A DNA stretch of 64,000 bases from Heptranchias perlo (GCF_035084215.1 NC_090358.1:27280001-27344000); one strand, 5' to 3'; shown: positions 10,913 to 23,041, counted from the first letter of the stretch. Numbers and translations: made by a program. Notes: generated by a model from the sequence alone, not told the origin.

Positions 10913-11673
10913 ATTTTTTTTTTATTCGTTCATGGGATGTGGGTGTCGCTGCAAGGACAGAATTTATTGCCCTTGAGAAAGTGGTGGTGAGCCGCCTTCT
11001 TGAACCGCTGCAGTCCGTGCAGTGAAGGTTCTCCCACAGTGCTGTTCGGAAGGGAGTTCCAGGATTTTGACCCAGCGACGATGAAGGAACGGCGATATAT
11101 TTCCAAGTCGGGATGGTTGTGACTTGGAGGGGAACGTGCAGGTGGTGTTGTTCCCATGTGCCTGCTGCTGTTGTCCTTCTAGGTGGTAGAGGTCGTGGGT
11201 TTTCTGGCGCAAATGTTACTTGCCACTTATGAGCCCAAGCCTGGATGTTGTCCAGGTCTTGCTGCATGCGGGCTCGGACTGCTTCATTATCTGAGGGGTT
11301 GCGAATGGAATTGAACACTGTGCCAGGCAATGACCATCTCCAACAAGAGAGAATCTAACCACCTTCCCTTGACATTCAACGGCATTACCATCACCGAATC
11401 CCCCACCATCAACATCCTGGGGGTCACCATTGACCAGAAACTTAACTGGATCAGCCATATAAATACTGTGGCTACAAGAGCAGGTCAGAGGCTGGGTATT
11501 CTGCAGCGAGTGACTCACCTCCTGACTCCCCAAAGCCTTTCCACCATCTACAAGGCACAAGTCAAGAGTGTGATGGAATACTCTCCACTTGCCTGGATGA
11601 GTGCAGCCCTCAAGAAACAGCCCACTTGATTGGCACCCCATCCACCACCTTAACCATTCACTCCCTTTACCAC
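10913..11673. mobile_element. Rearranged LINE family B copy (minus-strand 10913-11322 plus inverted plus-strand 11320-11673)
   Basis: Poly-T and tail at 10913. Minus strand reads VFNSIR...VTFAP fused to NPRPLPPRRT; plus strand reads CQAMTISNKRESNHL...MEYSPLAWMSAA. Confidence 0.85.
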
Positions 11674-12044
11674 ATTATATGTTTGCAGTGTCCAACAGCA
11701 ATGTAGAAGTAAAAGTATTTAGCCTGGTCATAGCCTGTCCATTAGACCCTGCATCCGTGCTCAGAAATTGAATCATTTTCTTCCTTGTAGCCTGTCCGTT
11801 GTTTCTCCCAGCTTAAGCACAGATGCAAAGTGCAGGACAACCCATGGAAACCTTCCTTTTGTGTAGTAAAAGGTGCTGACCACAAAAAGCTTTCGGAATT
11901 AGTAATCAATTTTTCTGAACTTCACTCGTGCCAGTGGAAGAAAACAGGCACAAGAACAGCGATAGTTTGGTTATATTTAAAAGAGGCACCAACTGACAAA
12001 AAAAATGTAGATGGGATTGCACCAAAATAAATAGTAATCAAAAA

Positions 12045-12300
12045 GAACTTGCATTAAAATAGTCCCTTTCACAACCACAGGAGGTCCCAAAGCACTTTAC
12101 AACCATTGAAGTAATTTTGGTAGTTACTGTTTTAATGTAGGGAAATACAGCAGCCAAATTGTGCACAGCAAGGTTCCACAAACAGCAATTAAATCTGTTT
12201 GCAAACCGATTATCTACACTAGATGTTTTTTATTTTAAAAAATGTTGGTTGAGGGATAAACGTTCGGCAGGACACAAGTAGAAGTTCCCTGTTCTTCGAA
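12045..12300 (-). mobile_element. Degraded DeuSINE 3' half
   Basis: Reverse complement of the SINE tail (CTTGCATT...CCCAAAGCACTTTACA...GTTGGTTGAGGGATAAA). Confidence 0.65.
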
Positions 12301-13714
12301 ATCTCTAAATTTATGTGGCACTGTGGAGATGATCGGGTAATCCTATATACTGCAGACAGGAGAAGGTAATTGTGACACAATGGAAGGGAGATAATCATAC
12401 TGTGTGGAGAGGAAGGAGGAAGAGATCATAATTCAGTACAACATAGAAAGGATGAAGCATGGAGGGAATGGTCACACTGGGTTGTGGTAAACATCGCGAA
12501 CCATGTTCCAGATCCCAGCCTATCCACGAGCAATGCCATGAAAGCGCCACTAGCATACACAAAATATTGTAGGGTTAAGATAAATTATTTCATTTGATGG
12601 CCATCTTTAATATTCTCACTCAAGATAGCAGCTTCCCTGAAAATATCTTGCTAGATATTAATCACTCAACAGGTAGCAGCATACAAAGTTGTTTTAAAAG
12701 ACACCCAAATAAATAGCCTATTGGACAGTTGATTTTGTATTAGGTAGACATTTCATTTACTATTTTCCCCATAGCATTCACATTTAGAGAAAGTTCAAAG
12801 CACAAGAACATTGCATTAGAAAAGGAGAAAAGGTGGGAAAGAGGAAAGAGAAAAAAAGGGAAGAAAGCAAACAAAAGGGATGAAATGCAAAGAAAAAGAT
12901 GGCCCTAAATTCTGATCTCAACACACAATTTGCACTGCTTTTTGCTGCCCTGCAACCAAACTATAATGGAATAGAATTCCTCCATTTGATGGAATGCAGA
13001 GTGTATCAAGACTATGGCAAATGTCCTTTTATGTCAATCAATGCAGTGTCATGTATAAGGTTGGGAAATTCCAGCTTAAAGGTTTGGCTGCAAATCCTAC
13101 CTGCCTTAAGTCCTGCCCCACCACCAACTCATTGGCTGACACAGTAGTATCGATAGATACGCCAAAGTTTAAGAGCAACAAATCAAGAATTGGACCTGAA
13201 CACTCAAAAGGTACACAATCAATGGAAGGTGGTTATAGGAGTAGGGGTCTAGAATATTTAGCTAAAATCATAGGGCTACCCTTGAGGAGTTGTTTCCCAT
13301 TTTGGTTTCTGCAGATGAAGGATAGAGGGGCTGGAGGAGGTGACCAGAACAATACCTAGCCCAAGAGCTAGGCTCCATGAGTTAGGGCTATTTACAGAAG
13401 CAAAGGCTTGGATGTAGTAGTGATTAGAGCTTGGAGAGTTTATTCAAGATGGATAGGGAGGATTTGACTAGAGAACATGAATACAAGATATGTAAGGCAG
13501 CACATTAAGATGGCTGGAAGTATTCCTTTTTGCAGACTCAACATCCTCTCGAATAAATCACCTGAACATAGATACTCTAATCTCCTGGTAAAGGCAAAAA
13601 ACCATCGTTTTCATTTGGGGGGGGGGGGGGAGGGGGGAGGAGGAGGAGAGAGATGTTGCACCACAGCTTGGTCAGGGCGGAACCCATGGTCTTTTCCTAC
13701 CTGTGTCGTATGCA

Positions 13715-14869
13715 TTCTCCAAAGCCCCTCCTTCGTCATCCAGATGGATGGGACCGCATTCGCCTGGTTCTATTCTTATCTATCCAGTCGTAGCCAGAGA
13801 ATCCCCTACAATGGCTTCTCTTCCCGCCCCATTACCTCTGGAGTCCAAAGATCTATTCTTGGCCCTCTCCCATTTCACATCTACATGCTGCCCCTCAGCG
13901 ACATCATCCGAAAACACGTCAGGTTCTACATGTACGCTGACGACACCCAGCTCTACCTCACCACCACTTCCCTCGATCCCTCCACTGTCTTTGATTTGTC
14001 ACACTGCTTGTCCAACATCCAATACTGGATGAGCAAAAATTTCCTCCAACTAAATATTGGGAAGACTGAAGCCATCGTCTTCGGTCCCTGCCACAAACTC
14101 TGTTCACTAGCCACTGACTCCATCCGTCTCCCTGGCCAGTGTCTGAAGCTGAACCAGACCATTTGCAACCTTGCCGTCCTATTTGATCCAGAGATGAGCT
14201 TCCGACCACATATCTGCTCCATCACCAAGACCGCCTATTTTCACCTCTAACATCGCCCACCTCCGCCCTGCCTTAGCTGCTCTGCATCTGAAATCCTCAT
14301 CTATGCCTTTGTTACCTTTAGACTGGACTATTCCAATGCTCTCCTGGCTGGCCTCCCATCTTCCACCCTCCATAAACTTAAGCCCATCCATAATTCTGCT
14401 GCCCATATCCTAACTCGCACCAAGTCCCGTTCACCCATCACTCCTGAGCTTGCTGACCTACATTGGCTCCCGGTCCGAGAATACGTTGATTTTAAAATCA
14501 TCATCCTTGTTTTCAAATAGCTCCATGGCCTCACCCGTCCCTCTCTGTAACCTTCTCCAGCCCTATGACGTTCCGAGATCTCTGCAGTCCTCCAATTCTT
14601 GCCTCTAGCGCATCCCCCATTTTAATCGCTCCATCATTGGTGGCCATGCCTTCAGCTGCCTAGGCCCCAAGCACTGGAATTCCCTCCCTTAACCTCTCCA
14701 CCTTTCTTGCCTCCTTTAAGACGCTCCTTAAAACCTACCTCTTTTTGGTCACCTGTCCTAATATCTCCTGAAGTGGCTTGGTGTCAAATTTTGTTTGATA
14801 ACACTCCTGTAAAGCCCCTTGGGACATTTTACGACATTAATGGCACTATATAAATGCAAGTTGTTGTTG
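13715..14869 (+). mobile_element. L2-clade LINE, 5'-truncated, RT plus 3' tail
   Basis: ORF 13477..14250 contains WFYSYLSSRSQ...YMLPL...YADDTQLY...LQLNIGKTE, followed by the RLDYSNALL region and tail GGCACTATATAAATGCAAG(TTG)n. Confidence 0.92.
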
Positions 14870-14989
14870 CATCAAACCAGCTGTACACTTACCCAATTAG
14901 CAGCATATATCTGGTATAAGAATACATTACAAGATCCAACTGTAGAATTCCTAACTCCCTGCATCACACAAATAAGGTCAGGCTAATTG

Positions 14990-15325
14990 TGGGATACAAA
15001 TCATATGGTAAATAATGATTGTTTAAACTGGCTGCTGAGACGATAACCAGAGGGCACAAATTTAGATGAGCACAAAATTAATTAAAGAGGTTACAAAAAC
15101 TTTTACAGTGCATGGTTATACCAAATTATCTGCAACAAACCATTCTTGAAGCAGACTCCATAAATTCTCAAAAATAATTTAATAGTTGCTTTAAAAAGAG
15201 GATTATATTAAAGGGTATGGAGCAAGCAGGAGCGTGGGATTGGATTAGGTTGCTAAGTTTGCAGAAAGCACTGGGGTAGATTTATGGGGCTGAATGGCCT
15301 GGTTTTGTGCTGTAGCATTCTAGAA
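14990..15325 (+). mobile_element. Highly degraded CR1 3' end
   Basis: ACCAGAGGGCACAAATTT...GGGCTGAATGGCCTGGTTTTGTGCTGTAG. Confidence 0.6.
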
Positions 15326-15756
15326 CCTTTGGACCTCAATATGTACTTTGGTTCTATGAAAGATCATACATAAAATCACTCAAGCATGTGCCAATCATAT
15401 GAGTTCTGTCACATTTGGGAAGAGCATACAGCCATCACTATGATGGCCTAAATATTTAATGGCTTCCTTACTAAAAATCTGATGAGCTCATCACTTCAAA
15501 ATATACTTTAGTGTTACTGGGCCATCTCCTAACAGTTTTGTTCATAGTAAACAGGTGATTTTCCACAAGGCTATGAAGCAAAAGCTGCGCTCCTATACAT
15601 GCCAGAAGTGGAATGACATGCCACAGAACTGGCAATTACTCCCTGTCGATGGTATGGTGCACAAGACCATGTGGGATATCATGTATTACTGTCTATTGTA
15701 AAAGGCAGTAAATCCACAATGCCAGGCCAATAGCAAGGCTAAAACTAAGAATCAAA

Positions 15757-18700
15757 TTTATTTACAAGTATTATACAGAAGCAGAAAGACACAGCAAGAA
15801 ACTAGTACAATACTTGACTTACACAATACATAAATGTTTGTAAAGCCCAAAGTCCTTTTAGTTCTTTTCAGTAGCTTTCAACGGAGTATCTGATAGACAT
15901 TACATGGAACATTGACAATCACACAAAGCCTATTAGTCGCCTCTTGTGCTTGAGGCAATGTCTGACTTGACTGATGTTAAAGCAGGTCCATTTGATAATC
16001 AAATTCTTCTTTATGGTCAACTGATATTAACCATTTCTAACTTCTAACTAAATAAGAAGTGAATAGTAGACCCTAGCCATCAGATGGTCCAATTTCCTCT
16101 TGATACTCTTAATTTTCTTTGAATAAAGTTCCTTTAATGGCACAGCCATTTAGAGAACAGAGTCTGTAAATTCACACATTTGCCAGCAATTAAAACTACT
16201 CCTCTGATTAAAATGTCAACTCCAATTATTGGCAGATACCCATTGTCCTTTAAAAGGGCCAATAATTTGATTAGCTGCTAAAACCAAGCTTCTGTATTCT
16301 GTAAGCAGCTGGACTCTGGTTTCCAATTTGAAATCTTATAGGAAGACTGTGACCTTAATAGTAATTTCTAAAATACATTTACCCTGGCTATCTACAGTCA
16401 TATAAAAATATAATACAGAAATCGTAGAGTCAGATAGTCTCACTTTTGGAAACTGAAAGATTACAAAATACATAATCACACATGCTCACCTTCTAGTTGA
16501 AATTGACTGCAGAATAATGATACATTCAGTAATTATGGAAAATGGCTATTTAGGCAATGAGAATTTTTCAAAACTCCAATATAAGATCCATATTCAAATC
16601 TAATAATTCCAACTGAAACAAACAATGGTAATTTCCATGAAATGTAATTATCCTTATTTGTGAAAGCACCATCTGATATGTTAGAAAATAAAACTTTAAA
16701 AAAATCAAATTAGAATTTAGGAAATTGTTCATTGTTTAAGGGCACTATAAAATAGTTTCAGCTTCACGACACAACAGCGAGTTTAATTTGAGCCTGACCT
16801 GGTGTTTCCGTGTCATATCAAGCAGTGTTTAAGATGTGCTCAGGGATGGGAGTCCCGTCAGATCTCAACACTATAAACCAAAATAGAATGGATTTAAAGA
16901 AAGTTTTGAGAACGTGAGCGCTTTCAGTGCATTTAAATTTTACCGACTGGGAGTGGAGCTTTGCTCATGAATGCAAGCATGCACACACATAGCTCTCTTC
17001 TAGCCATCAAAGCTGGATTTGTAACCAAGCAGTAGAAACAAACGGCTGGAGGCTACAAGTCACCATGGTGGTTTACTGATGAGACCTAATTCCCTGTGGT
17101 AGAATTGAAGTGTTAGAATGGCCCAATATTGGATACATTTTCCAGAATATAACAAAATGTACTAGGTCACAAGTACAATGTCCTATAGGTTACCATGATA
17201 CAAAACACCTATACTTTCACAAACAAATATTTTGGTTCAAAAGGTTTTGCTTTGCTTTAGGGTGGCATGGATTCAATTGTTATTTGTCCCCATCTCATTA
17301 GAGTTTATCTGTGGGGATGCTACAATTGGCCTGAGTGTCTGGAGCTTGGGGAGGCTCCTGCTCATTACACTCCAGCTGCAAGTGCACATGTGGATGCAGC
17401 ATGACAACAGGCTTTGCTGTGATGGCCTCTACACTCAAATAGCTCACCATATCTACTGCTCCAGGATCACTAGGCAACAGGCATAGATACCAGCCAGCCA
17501 TTGCTGATTATGGGACCATGCTTAAACATGAGTCGGCGTCGCCAGAACCAGGGCAAGAGCAGGGAAAAAACGCGCTTGCTGCTTTCATCATGTTCTCCAA
17601 GTTTGTTACTTTGTATACTTCTACTTTGCAATCATTTGAATCACTACCGCAGATCCAAGTCAACACTACCACCTGAAAAAATTACTTAATTGCCATTACT
17701 TCCTTACGACATTGCAGGTGTTTGGCTCATAGTTATATTCAGTTCTCTGAAAACAAATGTTATGCAGCCAACTGATCCAGTGCTCGGTCAAGATTTCTAT
17801 GAATAACACCCAAGAATAAAGGCTACACTTTTGCAATTGCAGTTTTTGCCCCTAATTGTTTGAAGAATCATTAGCACAAACCAGTCACAAAAAAACATAC
17901 TGTAAAGAGTTAGTGAGGAAAACTGTAGTGCTTAAAGCTGAATCCCTCTATAAGCACAACACAATGAAGAACATTTGGCAAAGGATATCGTTTCTAAGAA
18001 ACTAACATTACCACTTTAAAATACAATCCTCTTTAAATATTTGTATCAACATGAAATGCATCTCACACGGTTATGCCTAGACGATTCTGGACCGCATTTG
18101 CAAAATTTAGTGTCACGAGATGAAAAACTGTATTATATAGTTCCTAGCATATACAAGCTGCAAACCTTACTACCTAGTGAAGTGTACTTGCAAGTAAAAG
18201 CAATTAGAAATACTTCAGCTAAATGGATATGGGGAGGGGTTGAGAAGAGAACCTTTTGACCAGAGTCCCATATTTATTTCAAGGCACAGGTAGGAGTTCT
18301 CTACTATAGATCTTTTAAAAACAATCAGTAGTTTTCCTTTATAACTTTATTTAATCAAAGTTAAGACAGTGAATAAACTAACATAAATACAGCACAATTA
18401 CCATCCTGTGTTTCATGTACGCTCAGAGTTAAGCATTACTGTATTTTCTGATTAAAGTTGTAGTCAGCATTGAAGTGCATATAGGCTTTTTCCATTCAGG
18501 ATACATACTATAAAATCATAAACCGCTTACACTTGTTTAAGTACATAAATAATCAATGAGATGGAGCAGCAAACAAGCTATGGTGCCAACACATGGGGCC
18601 TTCTCATGAATGAAATGAAGCAGTGATTAGCATACATTCAGTTACTGATGGGCCCATTTGTGACACTGCCATGTTAGAAAATCGTGCTGCAGAGAAAGGC

Positions 18701-19060
18701 CACATACACAAAGGAAGAAATGCAAATTTGAAACATGCATGTAACATTGGAAAAGCACAGCCCTCCAATACTTGTTTTTTTTAAAAAAAAGCCCGACACT
18801 TAACTAAGATTAAAATGCCTGTAAAATGGACTTGCTCCTAAATATGCAGTAATTTTCCAACCACAGAATATTCAAAGAAAAGTGAAAGAACTTTTCAGTC
18901 AGTTCTCAAATTCTATTGTTCGTGGCATGCATGATTTAAAGATCTATGCAAGTGCAATGCTCCAAATTCCCAGAATGAACTACAAAGCTCAGCTTATCCT
19001 CTCCGCTGTTTAATTAGGTTCACGTGGTTTAAAAGAAAATTTTTTAATGTAAGTAGCAGT
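15757..19060 (-). other. ZFAND6: ZFAND6 3' UTR (putative, with alternative poly(A) signals)
   Basis: AT-rich, nearly repeat-free sequence after the stop codon. Minus-strand AATAAA at 18346-18351, 18273-18278 and 15757-15762 (TGTAAATAAA). The distal extent is inferred. Confidence 0.55.
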
Positions 19061-19209
19061 TCAAATCTTCTGGATCTTCTCTCCAACTACAACAGGATTT
19101 TCTTTCCTTATTTTCTCAGCAGCGTCAGCTTTGTAATCATAAGGACAACTGTGCTTATCAGAATAACGATGTAATCCACAGAACAGGTTTCCACATCTGC
19201 AATCAAATC
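19061..19209 (-). CDS. ZFAND6: ZFAND6 last coding exon (C-terminal half of AN1 zinc finger; [49 protein letters not shown])
   Basis: Acceptor tttttgtttccAG at 19210-19211; TGA at 19061-19063. The C-terminus [20 protein letters not shown] is ZFAND6-type. Confidence 0.96.
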
Positions 19210-19399
19210 CTGGAAACAAAAACAGAGTTAGAACATGCATCCACAACTCCAGACTTGAGATGGAAGGGCAAACACTCACATCTAACTCACTGTAACCTGC
19301 TTTCAAAATGTTGGTTACTTTGTGTCGGTAATCTTTCTCTCTCCCTCCCCAACTGTGTTCTTCCCCAAGTTTCTTACCAAATATTTAAGAATGACTGAA

Positions 19400-19735
19400 C
19401 CTGTATTTATACAGTTGCGCTTGTGTCCTGGGGCACCTCAAATGGTCCACAAGCAGTGAATGACTTCTGAAAGGCAGTCACTTATGTAGGCAAATGCGAC
19501 AATCAATTTGGGCATAGTAAGATCCCACAAACAAACAAGAAGGTTGACCAAGTGATCTGTTTTCTTGTGGGGTTAGCTGATGGAGGCTTGTTGGCCTGGG
19601 CACTGAGTGGACTGTCTGCTCCTTGAATAGTGCCATGGGATCTTTTGCACCCACCTAAACAGGCAGCCAAGGACTTGGTTTTAACACCTCGTCTGAAACA
19701 TAGCACTGCAATGTAGCAATCCCTCAGTACCGCAT
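19400..19735 (-). mobile_element. Degraded DeuSINE
   Basis: Reverse complement of the Deu core (GTGCCATGGGATCTTTT...GGTTTTAACA...TCTGAAA...CCCTCAGTAC). Confidence 0.65.
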
Positions 19736-20064
19736 CAAATTTTACTGGTCTTTGAGACTATGTCTCCAATTGGCTGACTTACAGCCCTGGGGTTGCAGCA
19801 GAAGCCATGCTCATGTGGAGAATATCTCCAAACACTGATTAAAGTAACACTGGAGAGAAACATCACAATGCCAAGAATGCTGCATTGCTTAAAAAGTGGA
19901 TTGTACACTGGGGTTGTACTCTTAATTGTTGCAGAGCTATCCCCAGCTGTATCTGGCAAAAAGCACACTGAATTCCACCTATTGTACTAGTTTAAAAAAA
20001 CATAAAAACTGCAACTTTCATATAACAAACAGTTCCAAAGTACTTGGGAAGCAGACTACTGAAC

Positions 20065-21640
20065 AGGATGTGAGAGAATGTTACAGAAAGTGGCCAAAAA
20101 TGCCATCAAGAGAGGCAGGTTTTGATGTTTTTGAAAGTGGGGATAGAGGTAGAGGGGCTTAGGAAGAGAGCTCCAGAGTGCAGGGAAATGGTGCCCGAAA
20201 GTTCTGCCATCGATGACGGGGCAGGGGGGTTGGAAAGAAATTTAGGGCAGTGAACAAAAGATAGAGCAGAGTTGGAAGTCTGGAGGGTAGAAGCTAGAAT
20301 GTAGGGCCGGAGAGGATTGCAGACATAGGTTGGTATGAAATCATGGAGGGATTTGAAAATGAAAATGTGGACTTTAACTTTGATGCATTAGGGGATGGGA
20401 AACCAGAGATCAGCATGGACAGGGTGATACTTGTGCAGGTCAGAATTCTGTCCCTTGTCTACTGAATTAGAGTTTATGTAGGATGGAACTGTGGTGGTTA
20501 GCAAGGAAAAAATTGGAGAAATCAAGTATTGGGGTGATGAAGGTTTCCATGACAGTGAGGGCAAAGTAGAAATCTAAGTGGCAATATTACCAGCATGAAA
20601 GTAGGTAGCCATGTGGCTGTGGGAATTAATGCTCAGCTCAGGGTGAAACAGAACACCAAGGGCGTGAGTTCAGCCTAAGCAAGCAGCCCGAATGGATGGA
20701 ATCAGTGCCTGAGGTACAAAGTTATTGGCAGGAGCTGAACCGGATCTTGACATTGAGCTGGAAGGTGGTTCTGGCCAATCAAGTATTTGACGCCAGACAG
20801 GCAGCCAGCCAAGGCTGGGGAAGAAAGATTAAATTTAGAGTTAAAGGCATACCTATGGAAACTGATCCCATATTTACAGATGATACTTTTTTAAAAATTC
20901 GTTCATGGGATGTGGGCGTCGCTTTTATTGCCCATCCCTAATTGCCCTTCAGAAGGTGGTGGTGAGCCGCCTTCTTGAACCGCTGCAGTCCGTGTGGTGA
21001 AGGTTCTCCCACTGCCTCAGGTCTGCATGTAGATAAGAATGTGGCCTTGGGGCACACCAGAGACAACTTTGCAGGAGTAAGGGAAACAGCTGATGATGTA
21101 CTGTGTTGGGATCAGCAAGAGCTAACAGTGAACCACAGAGGTAGTGAAGGAAGATGAAATGATCAACCACAAAGTCCATGAAAGGAAACGGGGCGACAGT
21201 GCATGGTTGCAGTCACAAAGCATATAGTTTAATCAGGGCTCTCAGTTTTGTGGGCCAGAGATGGCTGGGGTGGGGTGGGGAAGAGGGGAACAATCAGCAC
21301 AAGAGTGGGCTTTATGATATCAGAAGCACTGGGTTGGGGAGAGATAATTGAATGGTAAGAAGGTGTTTGAGGGAGCAGGTGGTGAGTCTCTTGGATGAGA
21401 AGTTTGATAAGGGCAGGGGTGCGACAGAGGATGGAGAATGCAGGCAGGGACAGCCATATGGACAGCCTCAATTTTGGAAATGAAATTGATGAACGCTTCT
21501 CAATTGATGCTGGAGGCAAGAATGGAAGGGCAAAGCAGGAGGTTAAAGGAGCAATTGGTGGTGAAGAGGAGTTAGGGGTTGTCTTTGTTTTTCTTGATGA
21601 TGCTGGAGTAGTTAGACAGCCAAAGAGGGAGAGTGAGAGT
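20065..21640 (-). mobile_element. Ancient L2-like LINE remnant, interrupted by a family B tail at 20886-21013
   Basis: Degenerate reverse-complement similarity to the L2 at 13715-14869 (e.g. GATGAT...GCATGTAGAT, GGATTTGAAAATGAAAATG). Confidence 0.55.
20886..21013 (-). mobile_element. Short family B LINE 3' tail
   Basis: TTCGTTCATGGGATGTGGGCGTCGC...TTGCCCATCCCTAATTGCCCTT...GAAGGTTCTCCCAC. Confidence 0.85.
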
Positions 21641-21772
21641 TAAATAGTTTCATATACTTCAGCACTATTTTTATGCAAGCTTGCAGTATACAAATTCAAA
21701 CACATTGCTGGTTATCAAATTGTTCTGTAATCTAAATGTTATAATGTGCCAGGCACAGTTATTACACCAATG

Positions 21773-21970
21773 AAATAAAAACAGAAAATGCTGGAGAAGC
21801 TCAGTAAGTGAGGCAGCATCTGTGGAGAAAGAAACAGAGTTAATGTTTCAGGTCGAAGATCTTTTGTCAGAACTGGAAGATGTTAAGAGTTAAAATTTTT
21901 GAGCAAGTACAGAGCCAAGGGAAATGGGGGGAGGGAGGGGAGGAACGAACAAAAGGGAAGATCTGTGATC
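21773..21970 (-). mobile_element. Penelope-like element terminal (pLTR) fragment
   Basis: AAACAGAAAATGCTGGA...CTCAG...GGCAGCATCTGTGGAGAAAGAAACAGAGTTAATGTTTCAGGTCG is recalled as a common shark Penelope terminus. The minus strand carries a degenerate CTGAC..GAAAC hammerhead core. Confidence 0.6.
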
Positions 21971-22530
21971 GGTGTACTTGTGTCCTTTACCTATGAACTG
22001 GGCCATGGAATGAAAATCAAATGAATCATTGTGAATCCCAAGTTTTTAAATCTCAGGGAAGGCTCAGACCAGTGCCAGAATATCTCTGACCCACCCACTC
22101 AGAGAAAGAGGGGTGGAAAAATGTTTGGGGCAGGTGGGGCACACCAGGCTGCTCTAGTACACTGCCGAATGCCAATCACCTCCTTGCCCCACCATCCAAG
22201 GAATGGTACATGTCACCGGTAGATCAAAAAAAAATAAGCACATGTCTGAAATGAAAAATTCAAATTAAAATACTAGCAAAGGGTTTGTGTCTTGATCCTA
22301 ACTCAAGCAGACATAACAGTAAATTAATAGGAAGGTGAATAAAACACAAAAAATGCCAAGTCGTAGAGCGATTATCACCTCTGACCAAATAAATTGCCAG
22401 GGCTCACTTGATTATTTAGAGATAACCACTGTATTCCAGGCACTAAGACACACTCAGGCAGTCTCTTGGGGTGCCCGCCTCATACGTACATGCCCTACAC
22501 CTGAATTCCTTCCCTGCAGACTGTACTGAC

Positions 22531-22647
22531 CTGTAAGTCCCACTTTCTTTCGGCAGGTAAAACAACGATTCTTCTTCTGCTTGGGTTTTTCAGGGGACTT
22601 GTCCTGTCTATCAGAAGAAGTCTGTGCAATTTCTTCAGATGTGGAAG
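22531..22647 (-). CDS. ZFAND6: ZFAND6 coding exon (117 nt; [39 protein letters not shown])
   Basis: Acceptor ttatctgttcaAG, donor ACAG|GTCAGT, phase 1-1. Start of the AN1 finger ([15 protein letters not shown]). Confidence 0.95.
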
Positions 22648-22801
22648 CTTGAACAGATAATTGTGAACTCAATTAAACATCAAAAACATGCAAGAGTCAG
22701 ATGTAGTTTTTCTAAGGGGAAGGGTGGGGGAGAGGAGAGGAAAGGAAGAACCGCCACAGTATTATTTGCACACAGCATATATCCCAAAAAGAAAGTTTTA
22801 C

Positions 22802-23041
22802 CTAGATCTGTGTATGCCTCCTCTATTTTTCTCTTAGTCCTCCGTGAAACCTCCTCCAGCGGTATGCAGTCATCTGCCTCACTCTCTGTGCTAGCATCAT
22901 AGCTGTACCCTGTGTCTGTGTTCTTTGACGAGCTGGAGTAATCTGAACTATCCATGGAACAGTCTTCGCCATTATTCCCCATTAATGATCTGTCACAACG
23001 GTCCAGCGTTGCTTTCTCTAACTGTTGATTCCCACCCAAAT
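22802..23041 (-). CDS. ZFAND6: Candidate additional/cassette ZFAND6 exon (240 nt, 80 aa, acidic/Ser-rich, with RRTKRK)
   Basis: Acceptor ctgattcttgtggcAG (23042-23043), donor CTAG|GTAAAA (22801-22800). Phase 1-1, length divisible by 3, and open in the ZFAND6 frame. Confidence 0.68.
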
